Source: an uncultured bacterium
GTDB lineage: Bacteria > Desulfobacterota_D > UBA1144 > Nemesobacterales > UBA2774
Length of the DNA stretch: 64,000 nt
Assembly (NCBI GenBank): GCA_963825135.1
Contig: CAWGRW010000009.1
Coordinates: 480,001 to 544,000, forward strand
Reading direction: 5' to 3'
Shown piece by piece: positions 44,338 through 56,485 of this stretch; the first letter of the stretch is position 1, and each line of letters opens with the position of its first letter. A model generated the notes under the pieces. That model was not told where the DNA came from. It did no database searches and saw only the letters and a program-made list of their open reading frames with translations. Both the position numbers and the translations under genes were made by a program.

Positions 44338-46056
44338 TCAACGCTTGACCTTGTATCCGGCCTTCTCCCTGTCCCACGTGTCTTTGGTGATACCCATCTC
44401 GCGGAGTTTATTCTTCTGCACCCTCTCCGTGCCCGTCTTGGGCAGTGTGGCTTCGAAACGCAGGAATCTCGGGAGCATGAAATGGGGCATCCTGGGCTCG
44501 AGGAATTCCATGAGCTTGTGGGGATCGACCTTCTTCCCCTTTTTAGCGACAACCACGATCATTACCTCGTCCTCGGCGTACCTTCCTCCCTCGGCCTTAA
44601 TGCCTATGACGCCGCACTCCTCGATATCGGTGTGGGAGTTAACGATCTTCTCGACCTCGAACGAGCTGATGTTCTCGCCCCTCCTCCTTATATAGTCCTT
44701 GACCCTGTCGACGAAATATATGTATCCGTCCTTGTCCATCATGCCCGCGTCCCCGGTATGGAACCAGAAGTTCCTGAAGTCCTGCACGGTCTTCTCGGGC
44801 ATCTTGTTGTAATAATGGAGCATTATGTTGGGGGTCCTCGGGCGCACGATTATCTCGCCCACGTGCCCCCTCGGGACCTCCTCGTCTGTCTCGGGGTCGG
44901 CGATCTTTATCTCGTAACCCGGCGCTTCCTTGCCGCACGATCCCACCCTGAAAGGCTCGCCCGGCCTCATCCACGTGCACTGACCTATCTCCGTAAGCCC
45001 GTACCCCTCCATGAATCTGATATTAAACCTTTCCATAAATTTCTCGATGATGTCGTGAGGCGCGGGAGAACCCAGAACGAGCTTTACCCTGTGCTGTTTC
45101 TCCTCGGGCGCGGGCGGCGTATTCCACATGAAATAGGCCATGGTCCCGACGATGTTGAACTTGGTCACCCCGTGGTCCTTTATCCATTTCCAGAACTGTC
45201 TCGCGGAGTACTTCTCCTCGACGACTACCCCGGCCCCCTTGATGAGAGCGGGGTATACGGACATAACCATGGCGTTTGAATGATAGAGGGGAAGGCACGT
45301 GAAGCAGACGTCCCGCGGGCCTACGTCCATTATCTCCGCATAATTCCTCGCGCTCGAATAATCGGCTGCGCAGGGCCTCACGACACCCTTCGACCTCCCG
45401 GTAGTGCCCGAGGTGTACATGAGCCTCGCATGGTCCATGAACGTCACTTCGACGCCCGGGTCCGTGCTCTTCGGGGATTTTATGAACTTGGAATACGGGA
45501 TCATGCTCTCGAAATTAAAACCTTGTTTGTCGAATTTATCGCTCCCGCCCCTGGTCCATACTATCACACGCTCGAGCTGCGGGAGGTCGTTCGCTATGGG
45601 AGGCATCCTGTCGAGATACTCCTCGGCTATAAAAAGGAGCTTCGAATCGGAGCTGTCGAGTATGTACTGGAGGAAATCCATCTTGTACGCCGTGTTTATC
45701 GGCACCATGACGGCGCCCATTTTCAGTATGCCGAACCACGTTATCACGTAATCGTCCGAATTCGGCATGTACACCGCGACCTTGTCGCCTTTCTTTATCC
45801 CGAGCCCGAGGAGCCCGTTGGCGATCTTGTTCGCGAGCTGATTGGTCTTGAAGTAACTGAGCGGCTTCTTATAGCCGAACCGTAGAAACGGTTTCGCGCC
45901 GAGCTTCTTTGCCTGAAGCGTGAGTATCCTTGGAAGCACCCAGTTGCTTTTATCCTGACCAAGGTACCACTCCACGTTGAACTTGCCGTTCTCCCTCTTG
46001 TAGGCAATCGGGTGCATGAGGTCGCGGCCCTTCTTCCGCTTCGGTTTGGCTGCCAT
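44338..46056 (-). CDS. Acyl-CoA ligase, CaiC-like AMP-binding family
   Basis: YTSGTTGRSKG, YGLTE, FHTGD, RRRGENISSFEVE. Confidence 0.92.
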   Translation of the reverse strand: MAAKPKRKKGRDLMHPIAYKRENGKFNVEWYLGQDKSNWVLPRILTLQAKKLGAKPFLRFGYKKPLSYFKTNQLANKIANGLLGLGIKKGDKVAVYMPNSDDYVITWFGILKMGAVMVPINTAYKMDFLQYILDSSDSKLLFIAEEYLDRMPPIANDLPQLERVIVWTRGGSDKFDKQGFNFESMIPYSKFIKSPKSTDPGVEVTFMDHARLMYTSGTTGRSKGVVRPCAADYSSARNYAEIMDVGPRDVCFTCLPLYHSNAMVMSVYPALIKGAGVVVEEKYSARQFWKWIKDHGVTKFNIVGTMAYFMWNTPPAPEEKQHRVKLVLGSPAPHDIIEKFMERFNIRFMEGYGLTEIGQCTWMRPGEPFRVGSCGKEAPGYEIKIADPETDEEVPRGHVGEIIVRPRTPNIMLHYYNKMPEKTVQDFRNFWFHTGDAGMMDKDGYIYFVDRVKDYIRRRGENISSFEVEKIVNSHTDIEECGVIGIKAEGGRYAEDEVMIVVVAKKGKKVDPHKLMEFLEPRMPHFMLPRFLRFEATLPKTGTERVQKNKLREMGITKDTWDREKAGYKVKR

Positions 46057-46245
46057 ATCGATATCCCCTCTCGAGCGAGCTCGAATTAATAATGGTTGAA
46101 TTTTAACACTACGCGATTTACATAACCCGCTTAGCTGTTTCATTTTCTACTTTATTTTTTTATAGGGAAAAGTCAAGCGATACGAACGGTACTACTTTAG
46201 TGATAGTCCCGCATGGCCGGGCGGCTCGATCACCGGAATCCCGGA

Positions 46246-47016
46246 TCAGGAAACACCGCCGTCTTCCGGGGTCTCGCCGTCTTCGCTCGCTGCCCTCTTC
46301 TTGCCGAACAACCACGCCACAACGATGCTTAGCTCGTAGAAAACTACGATCGGGACGAACATGAACATAAACGAAACCGCGTCCGTCGTGGGGGTGAGTA
46401 CGGCGGCGGCGATCGCGCTCACGAGGATAGCGTACTTCCTCTGTCTCCTGAGCCATGCGCTGTCGACGATCCCGATCCTCGCTAAAACGAAAATCACCAG
46501 GGGGAATTCGAAAACGAGCCCGAAGCCCAAAAGCAGGGCCATAAAGAAGGAAAGGGCTTCACTTATGGACGGAAACGCCTTGACGTACTCCGACGAATAT
46601 TGGTTCAGGAGGAAATCGAATGCCTTGGGAGCCGCGATGAAATAGCAAAAAGAGACTCCGAAGGCAAAAAACAGGGTCCCGAAAAAAATAAACGGAATGG
46701 CTATCTGCTTTTCATGCTTGTATAGTCCGGGCGCGATGAATTTCCAGGCCTGATAGAGTATAAACGGCACCGCGGCGGCGATCGCAGCGAAAAATGAGAC
46801 TTTAAGATAAGTCGTGAACCCCTCGGCGGGCATGGTGAATATGAGGGTGCTCCCCTGGGGGAGGCTCTCCCTTATAGGCTTCATCAGGAAATCGAATAGC
46901 CAACTCGAAAAATAGTAAGCGGGAATGAAGAAAACGATAATTGCCAGGATCGACCAGAGCATCCTGCGCCTGAGCTCACCCAGGTGTTCAAGGAACGACA
47001 TTTTGGATTCTTCCAT
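46246..47016 (-). CDS. tatC: Twin-arginine translocase subunit C
   Basis: HL.ELR.R, F.APGLY..E, FE.P, TP..D. Confidence 0.95.
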   Translation of the reverse strand: MEESKMSFLEHLGELRRRMLWSILAIIVFFIPAYYFSSWLFDFLMKPIRESLPQGSTLIFTMPAEGFTTYLKVSFFAAIAAAVPFILYQAWKFIAPGLYKHEKQIAIPFIFFGTLFFAFGVSFCYFIAAPKAFDFLLNQYSSEYVKAFPSISEALSFFMALLLGFGLVFEFPLVIFVLARIGIVDSAWLRRQRKYAILVSAIAAAVLTPTTDAVSFMFMFVPIVVFYELSIVVAWLFGKKRAASEDGETPEDGGVS

Positions 47017-47156
47017 ATGTGGGGCAAAAGATTAACCCAATCGCGCGTGGTTCTCAAACTATAAGGTTCGGGGAACATTATTCCGACACCCGGATATGCC
47101 CGTTAAATTCAGGCTCGCGGGTGTTTCAGAAGGCTGCCGACGGATAACCCCTGTAA

Positions 47157-47185
47157 TTGACAACAAATCATAGCTCGCATATATT
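47157..47185 (+). promoter_or_regulatory. Putative sigma70 promoter of serA-hisZ-purA
   Basis: TTGACA-N17-TATATT. Confidence 0.6.
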
Positions 47186-47230
47186 CTTATCCCGTTAAAA
47201 ATTATCCCTTGACAGCTCTCGGAGGAAAAA

Positions 47231-48817
47231 TTGAAAGTACTGATTACAGACGGTATGTCCAAGGAAGGACTCAGCATACTGGAAAATGCGGAGGGTCTCG
47301 ACCTGGATGTGAGGAAGAGCACGCCTAAAGAGGAATTGGCCGGAATAATAGGCGGTTATGACGCGATTATCATCAGAAGCGCGACTAAGCTCACCGCGGA
47401 TTTGATAGAAGCCGGAAAGAACCTGAGGGTAATAGGCAGGGCGGGCATCGGTGTGGACAACGTCGAGGTCGAGACGGCGACAAAGAAGGGGATCGTCGTT
47501 ATGAACACCCCTGAGGCAAACGCGATCACGACGGCCGAGCATACAATCACGCTAATGCTTTCTCTCGCGAGACAGATACCGCAGGCGCACGCGTCCATAA
47601 AGGCGGGCAAATGGGAAAGGAGCAAATTTAAAGGTATAGAAATCTATGGAAAAACACTCGGATGTATCGGGCTCGGGAATATCGGCAAACTTGTGGCCGA
47701 GAGGGCGCTCGGGCTAAAGATGAACGTCATTGCCTATGACCCGTTCCTCTCAAAGGAAGCCGCCGAGAAAATAGGCGTCGAGCTCGTTACGCTGGACGAG
47801 CTGCTCAAGAGGTCTGACATCATTACGATACATACTCCGCTAAACTCTGAAACGAAGAACCTGATCAACAAAGACACGCTCGAAAAAACGAAAAAAGGAC
47901 TTGTCGTGATTAACTGTGCCCGCGGAGGGGTGATAAACGAAAAAGACATCTCCGAGGCGATAAAGTCGGGCAGGGTCGCGGGCGCGGCGTTCGACGTCTT
48001 CATAAACGAGCCCCCGGAAGAGGGGAATCCCCTCCTCGCGCTCGAAGACAACGTGGTATTTACCCCGCATCTCGGGGCTTCCACAGAGGAGGCCCAGACG
48101 AAGGTAGGGGTGGCAATCGCCGAGCAGATAGTCGATTTTCTCAATAACGGAGTGGTGAAGAACGCCGTGAACATGCCCTCCGTGAGTCTCGAGGTGCTAA
48201 AGACCATGAAGCCTTATCTGAACCTGGCGGAAAAGCTGGGAAGTCTCCAGGGCCAAATATGCAAGGGCGGAGTCACGGAAATACATATAGAATACGACGG
48301 CGAAGTTTCCGACATGGATACCTCACCTCTAACCGTAGCCGCTTTAAAGGGATTCCTCACTCCGATGATGGACGTGGTCGTGAGCCACGTAAACGCCCCG
48401 GTTATCGCACAGGAGAGGGGTATTAAGGTCATCGAATCGAAATCTTCACAAACCAGGGACTATACGAGCCTCATATCCATAAAGGTAAAGACGGAAGAAG
48501 GCGAAAACCACGTATCGGGAACGATATTCGGAAAAGAAGAGCCTAGATTCGTCAGGATAAACGGTGTTACAATAGACGTCGTGCCGAAAGGATATCTCCT
48601 GGTGAGCGAGAACAACGACAGGCCCGGGTTTATCGGCGCGATGTGCACGCTGCTCGGGGAAAACGGTGTAAACATCGGTCTCCTTCATCTCGGAAGAGAG
48701 GCGATCGGAGGAAGGGCCATAGTATTTACGAACGTAGACTCCCCGGTCCCCGCTAAAGTGATAGAAAAAATATCGAAACTCCCGGACATCATTTCCGTGA
48801 CACAGGTCAAGCTTTAA
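47231..48817 (+). CDS. serA: D-3-phosphoglycerate dehydrogenase (long form, ACT domain)
   Basis: RAGIGVDN, GLGNIG, NCARGG, PHLGAST.EAQ. Confidence 0.96.
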   Translation: MKVLITDGMSKEGLSILENAEGLDLDVRKSTPKEELAGIIGGYDAIIIRSATKLTADLIEAGKNLRVIGRAGIGVDNVEVETATKKGIVVMNTPEANAITTAEHTITLMLSLARQIPQAHASIKAGKWERSKFKGIEIYGKTLGCIGLGNIGKLVAERALGLKMNVIAYDPFLSKEAAEKIGVELVTLDELLKRSDIITIHTPLNSETKNLINKDTLEKTKKGLVVINCARGGVINEKDISEAIKSGRVAGAAFDVFINEPPEEGNPLLALEDNVVFTPHLGASTEEAQTKVGVAIAEQIVDFLNNGVVKNAVNMPSVSLEVLKTMKPYLNLAEKLGSLQGQICKGGVTEIHIEYDGEVSDMDTSPLTVAALKGFLTPMMDVVVSHVNAPVIAQERGIKVIESKSSQTRDYTSLISIKVKTEEGENHVSGTIFGKEEPRFVRINGVTIDVVPKGYLLVSENNDRPGFIGAMCTLLGENGVNIGLLHLGREAIGGRAIVFTNVDSPVPAKVIEKISKLPDIISVTQVKL

Positions 48818-51363
<2,546 letters not shown>

Positions 51364-51373
51364 AAAATTACTG

Positions 51374-51826
51374 CTAATCGAACTCGTATTCCCTGATCCA
51401 GAAAGTCAGGTTCGGACTCCAGCTTTCCAAACGCTTTGCCTCGATTCTGTTATCGAAATAGTCGCCCTGGGTCTGAAAATCCTTCCTGAATAGCCCGACT
51501 ACCCTTATATACTCGCCGTCCACTACCGGGGCCTCTCCGTTAACATAGACGTCAATTCCGACACCCTTCCTGTCTGAGAGCGTGAACTTGGTATAGACCT
51601 GTTCTACCCCATTCTCATTCACTCCCATGGATTCCACTCTCGGGCGCCATATCTTGCCGATCACGATCACTCCCGACATGTCGTAGGCATCGGGACTCGC
51701 GAGAATCGTCGCTATGCTGACGCTCTGGGCCGGAAGGGCCGTGTCCGGGTCCCTCCAATTTTGGGAGCACGCCGCGGAGAAAGAGATTATTATCGCCAGC
51801 GTGATTATATATAGAGATTTTTGCAT
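51374..51826 (-). CDS. Hypothetical lipoprotein (possible OB fold)
   Basis: Lipobox SAAC; beta-rich pattern. Confidence 0.7.
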   Translation of the reverse strand: MQKSLYIITLAIIISFSAACSQNWRDPDTALPAQSVSIATILASPDAYDMSGVIVIGKIWRPRVESMGVNENGVEQVYTKFTLSDRKGVGIDVYVNGEAPVVDGEYIRVVGLFRKDFQTQGDYFDNRIEAKRLESWSPNLTFWIREYEFD

Positions 51827-51878
51827 CAGGGGCGCCTCCGGTAAGGATGCCGATCAGTAGAGAATTATAACACATTCC

Positions 51879-52850
51879 TCACGAATTTTTCTCGTACGCC
51901 TCGATAATCTTCCTTACGAGCGGGTGTCTCACCACGTCGTTCTTCGAAAAATACACGAACGATATCCCCTCTATCTTTTTCATAAGCATTTCGGCCTCCA
52001 TAAGACCCGACTTTTCGCTCGCTGCAAGATCCACCTGGGTTGTATCGCCGGTAATGACCGCCTTTGAGTTGTAGCCGAGCCTCGTAAGGAACATCTTCAT
52101 CTGCATAGAGGTCGTGTTCTGGGCTTCGTCCAATATTATAAACGCGTCATTCAGCGTCCTGCCCCTCATAAACGCGAGAGGGGCTATCTCTATCACGCTC
52201 TTTTCCAGCAGGCGCGAGGCCTTATCATAGTCCATCATATCGTAGAGCGCGTCGAGGACCGGTCTCAGGTACGGGTCAACCTTCTGCGACAGGTCGCCCG
52301 GAAGGAACCCCAGCTTCTCCCCCGCCTCGACTGCGGGTCTCGTCAGCACTATCCTGTTGACTTCCTTATTCACGAACGCCGATACCGCCATAGCCATCGC
52401 GAGATAAGTTTTTCCGGTCCCTGCCGGACCTATTCCGAATACTATATCGTGCTTCCTGATAGACTCGATATACACCTTTTGAGTAATGCTCTTGGGAGCG
52501 ATAATGCGCTTCCTCGTCGATATGCAGACAGTGTCCAGAAACACGTCCGCAAGCCGTATTTTCCCCTCGTCCACTATCCTCGTCGCAAGCTCTATATCGG
52601 CCGGGTCGAGCGTGTAGCCTTTTTCCAGAAGCCCGTAAACCTCCCTTAAAAACCTGTTGGCGGACTCTACCCCGTCCATTTCTCCTTCGAGGTTGAGCTT
52701 CCCGCCCCTGGAATGGATTCTTATCCCGTAATGGTTTTCTATTTCCTTCAGGTTGTCGTTATTTTCGCCGTAAAGCTCTTTGACGAGGTTGTTATCGCCG
52801 AATTCAAGCTCCCTTGCGCTCCCGTTTCCGATTCTCATGGTATCCTGCAT
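51879..52850 (-). CDS. phoH: PhoH-like ATPase (YbeZ)
   Basis: GPAGTGKT, RPAVEAGEKLGFLPG, RGRTL, DEAQN. Confidence 0.95.
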   Translation of the reverse strand: MQDTMRIGNGSARELEFGDNNLVKELYGENNDNLKEIENHYGIRIHSRGGKLNLEGEMDGVESANRFLREVYGLLEKGYTLDPADIELATRIVDEGKIRLADVFLDTVCISTRKRIIAPKSITQKVYIESIRKHDIVFGIGPAGTGKTYLAMAMAVSAFVNKEVNRIVLTRPAVEAGEKLGFLPGDLSQKVDPYLRPVLDALYDMMDYDKASRLLEKSVIEIAPLAFMRGRTLNDAFIILDEAQNTTSMQMKMFLTRLGYNSKAVITGDTTQVDLAASEKSGLMEAEMLMKKIEGISFVYFSKNDVVRHPLVRKIIEAYEKNS

Positions 52851-53150
52851 GTTATATCGTCATTCCTCCCCCCGGATATAGGCCGGGATTTCTCGAGATG
52901 AATCTAAGCTTAACGTGGTCAATTTTATCGCAGATGCCGATTATAGATGACATAACGGATTGTTTGTCCGGGATATGAACAAGACGCTGATTTAATAATG
53001 ACGGAAAATGTGTGGGCTTTTTTATATATTCCCAACTGTTAGAAACAAAATAACCGGGGATTTCCTGTAATTTGATGTAAATTAGTATAACAGAAGACCA
53101 GTTAATTCCAACCCCTTAACCTGGAAGACCCTCAGTTAAATCTCCCCCGT

Positions 53151-53966
53151 TCAATCATCTATACGGGACGGGTCCGGGTGTTTAAAATCATAATCCAGGA
53201 GCTTTTTCAGCTTATCGCTCCTGACCAGCTTATACCCCCCTGCCCCGCCGTCCTTAAAGCCGGGTGGGTCGAGCCCGAGTTTCCGGGCCTGAGCGGAGTA
53301 ATATTCCTTTCTGGCCGGATGCTCGTCCGCGCACGCGTTCAGGGTCTCGTCCCAAATATCCCGCTCTATTATTCTATGGATGATAGCCACGCAGTCGTCC
53401 CTGTGTATGAGGTTCACGGGCGCATCTCCCCCCGTAAGATCTCTTTTACCGGCAAGGAACCTCCCGGGCATACGGTCGTAGCCTATGAGGCCGCCGAATC
53501 TGACGATTGTGGTCTTGAGCCCGCGGCAATCCCGGAGGAGTCTCTCGGCCTCAAGAAGGGCGATGCCCGAGGGCTTTGTAGGCGGAACCCTGTCAGTTTC
53601 AGAGACATCGCGGTTGAGATCGGGATAAACGGACGTAGAGCTTACGAAGAGCAGCTTTTTAACCGGAGAATCCTCGATCCGGGCGATCAACGATCGTATC
53701 TGAGCCGGGTGATATTCGGCGATATCGTCCCTCCTCTCGGGAGGAAAGTTGACGACCAGCACGCCGGAATTGAAAAAACCGTCGACGCACTCGCCCCGGA
53801 GCTCCGGATCGAGGACCACGTAAAAGGGCTCTATGCCGCGGGCTTTGATTACGTCGAGCTCGCCAGGTGTCCTCGTTGACCCCTTCACGCTGTAACCCTT
53901 CCCGATCAGATAATCCGCCAGAGGCAGCCCGAGCCACCCGCACCCCAATATGCTTATCGTTTCCAT
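53151..53966 (-). CDS. NAD(P)-binding SDR/epimerase family (YeeZ-like)
   Basis: GCGWLG, SSTSVY, VNLIHRDD. Confidence 0.88.
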   Translation of the reverse strand: METISILGCGWLGLPLADYLIGKGYSVKGSTRTPGELDVIKARGIEPFYVVLDPELRGECVDGFFNSGVLVVNFPPERRDDIAEYHPAQIRSLIARIEDSPVKKLLFVSSTSVYPDLNRDVSETDRVPPTKPSGIALLEAERLLRDCRGLKTTIVRFGGLIGYDRMPGRFLAGKRDLTGGDAPVNLIHRDDCVAIIHRIIERDIWDETLNACADEHPARKEYYSAQARKLGLDPPGFKDGGAGGYKLVRSDKLKKLLDYDFKHPDPSRIDD

Positions 53967-54053
53967 ATGGTATCAAGGGTAAGCGGGATTAAAGGTATCT
54001 TCAATAATGCCCGCCGGGGGGGTCCGCACCGGCACCCCTGCGTATTGCATATA

Positions 54054-54926
54054 TTAAGCTGTAAGGCGTTTGAGCGCCTCTTTATATTTTTCGGAGGTCT
54101 TTAGTATTACGTCGGCCGGAAGCGACGGCGCCGGAGGGTTCTTGTCCCAGTCGAGGGATTCGAGATAATCCCTCACGAACTGTTTATCGAAGCTCTTCTG
54201 AGCGTCCCCGGGCCTATACTCGTCCCTGGGCCAGAACCTCGAGGAATCGGGCGTCAGCGCCTCGTCTATGAGAACGAGCTCTCCGGTCTTTTCATCCGTC
54301 CCGAACTCGAATTTGGTGTCCGCGATTATGATTCCTTTCTTCTCGGCGATATCCCTCGCCCTCGAATAGAGGGTTATGCTCACGTCCCTTACCCTTTCGG
54401 CAAGCTCCCTGCCCAGGAGTCCCGCCGCGCGCTCGAACTCGATGTTCTCGTCGTGCGCACCCGCCCCGGCCTTGGTCGAAGGCGTGAATATGGGGGATTC
54501 GAGCCTGGACGATTCCACGAGTCCCGCCGGGAGCGGTATGCCGCAGATCGAATTGCTTTTTTTGTATTCCTTCCAGCCCGAGCCCGCAACGTAACCCCTT
54601 ACGATACATTCGACGGGGAGGGGCTTCGTCTTCAAAACCAGCATGCTCCTGCCTTCAAGCACATCCGCGTATGCCCGGAACTCCTCCGGGTAGTCCTTCA
54701 CATCGGTCGAGATCATGTGGTTCCGGGTGATGTCGCCCGTTTGCTCGAACCAGAATTTCGATATCAGATTCAGCACCCTGCCCTTACCCGGAATACCCTC
54801 GGGGAGGACCACGTCGAACGCGGAAATGCGGTCTGAAGCCACGAGCAGCAATCTGTCCCCGAGGTCGTAGATGTCCCTGACCTTCCCCCTCGCGGGAGGC
54901 TTCACGCCCGCAAATTCGGTACGCAT
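54054..54926 (-). CDS. purC: SAICAR synthetase
   Basis: [44 protein letters not shown]; start approximate. Confidence 0.96.
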   Translation of the reverse strand: MRTEFAGVKPPARGKVRDIYDLGDRLLLVASDRISAFDVVLPEGIPGKGRVLNLISKFWFEQTGDITRNHMISTDVKDYPEEFRAYADVLEGRSMLVLKTKPLPVECIVRGYVAGSGWKEYKKSNSICGIPLPAGLVESSRLESPIFTPSTKAGAGAHDENIEFERAAGLLGRELAERVRDVSITLYSRARDIAEKKGIIIADTKFEFGTDEKTGELVLIDEALTPDSSRFWPRDEYRPGDAQKSFDKQFVRDYLESLDWDKNPPAPSLPADVILKTSEKYKEALKRLTA

Positions 54927-55080
54927 CACAATAGCGTCTTTTTTTATCGCCGTATCCCCCGTCGGACAGCTGAAAATTAAGAAGCTCAGAATTCTAGTAA
55001 AGAAAAAAAGATATGTCAAAACGCGAAGCGGCGCGAGACCGGGGAAAGCGGCTTATGCCGCGCGCACCGATATTTTTATC

Positions 55081-55377
55081 CTATTCCGCCCCTCTCGACG
55101 CCCTGTCCCTCATCCTCGATGCGTCGACGATATCCTTGAAAAACCAGATCATGAGGAGCGGCAGATAATAAAAAAGCGTAATGTAGACGGAGGTAACGAG
55201 ATTCCGGTATAACGCAAATATGCCGATGAAATCAAGGACGGCGACCGATATCAGTACAACATACGCACGCTTGTATGGGTCGGATATCCATCTTCTCAGC
55301 ACGAGATGCGCGCCTCTGGAAAGCAGGGTCACGTTGATAAACGCTCCCGCGAGCCTCCACAACATAAGGGTGTCCAT
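55081..55377 (-). CDS. Small three-TM membrane protein
   Basis: Three hydrophobic segments. Confidence 0.6.
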   Translation of the reverse strand: MDTLMLWRLAGAFINVTLLSRGAHLVLRRWISDPYKRAYVVLISVAVLDFIGIFALYRNLVTSVYITLFYYLPLLMIWFFKDIVDASRMRDRASRGAE

Positions 55378-55553
55378 ACTCTTTCCGGCCTCTTTATTTA
55401 TATCCCGGCGCCGAGCTTTTCACTTGAAATTTCGCGCCGAACCATTATTTTCATTATATCACCTCATTTGAGGGGTGTATGTATCGGCACACGCGCGGAA
55501 CACGATCGATTTAACGCGCGATTCGAAGTTTTACCAGGCAGGGAGAGACAAAA

Positions 55554-56423
55554 ATGAACACACTTAAGAGCCTGATACTGCTTGCGGCGCTATCCGCCAT
55601 CCTCATGTGGATCGGAGGGGCTATGGGGGGCAAACAGGGGCTGATCATAGCGTTCGGATTCGCGATGATAATGAATTTCGCGAGCTACTGGTGGAGCGAC
55701 AGGATAGTCCTTTCCCTGTACGGGGCTAAAGAGGTCAGGTACGAGGACGCGCCGGAGCTTTACGGAGACATTCAGGAGCTTTCCCAAAGGGCCGGTCTCC
55801 CCATGCCCAGGGTGTTTATAACCCCTCAGGAGCAGCCAAACGCGTTTGCCACAGGCAGGAGCCCGGAACACGCGGCCGTAGCCGTGACTCAGGGCATATT
55901 GAGACTCCTCAGCCGCGAGGAATTGAAGGGGGTGCTTGCCCATGAGCTCGCGCACGTCAGGCACAGGGACATACTGATCGGGTCCATTGCCGCGACTATA
56001 GCGACGGCGATCACCTATCTTGCCTATATGGCCCAATTCGCGGCCATATTCGGCGGAGGGGGCGGAAACGACAGGCAAAGGGGCGGAAACCCGCTCGGAC
56101 TCCTCGTAATGGCCGTACTGGCACCGCTTGCGGCCACAGTGATAAGGCTGGCGATTTCGAGAACGAGGGAATACGGCGCCGATCAGGGCGGGGCCGAGAT
56201 CTGCGGAAACCCGATGTCGCTTGCGAACGCATTGAGAAAGCTCGGAGCTGCCTCGGACAGGATACCCCTTCAGGTAAGCGAGCAGGTCGCGGACAGCACG
56301 TCCCATATGCTGATCGCGAGCCCTCTCTCGGGCAGGGGACTCTCTGCCCTATTCAGCACGCATCCGCCCATGGAAGAGAGGATAAGAAGGCTCGAGGCCA
56401 TGGCCGCGGGAACTTCCACATAA
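55554..56423 (+). CDS. htpX: Zinc metalloprotease HtpX
   Basis: PNAFATGR, HELAH, SRTREY.AD, STHP. Confidence 0.95.
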   Translation: MNTLKSLILLAALSAILMWIGGAMGGKQGLIIAFGFAMIMNFASYWWSDRIVLSLYGAKEVRYEDAPELYGDIQELSQRAGLPMPRVFITPQEQPNAFATGRSPEHAAVAVTQGILRLLSREELKGVLAHELAHVRHRDILIGSIAATIATAITYLAYMAQFAAIFGGGGGNDRQRGGNPLGLLVMAVLAPLAATVIRLAISRTREYGADQGGAEICGNPMSLANALRKLGAASDRIPLQVSEQVADSTSHMLIASPLSGRGLSALFSTHPPMEERIRRLEAMAAGTST

Positions 56424-56485
56424 ACATACTGTCCGCGTGAAGCACGCAATAACGCATGAGGATACGCCGCGAAAGGAAGACGGGG

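Noticed and set aside
54926..54960. Non-canonical ATA start for purC after GGGGGA
   Set aside because: Downstream GTG/ATG available, and the ATA abuts an A-run where a miscall is plausible
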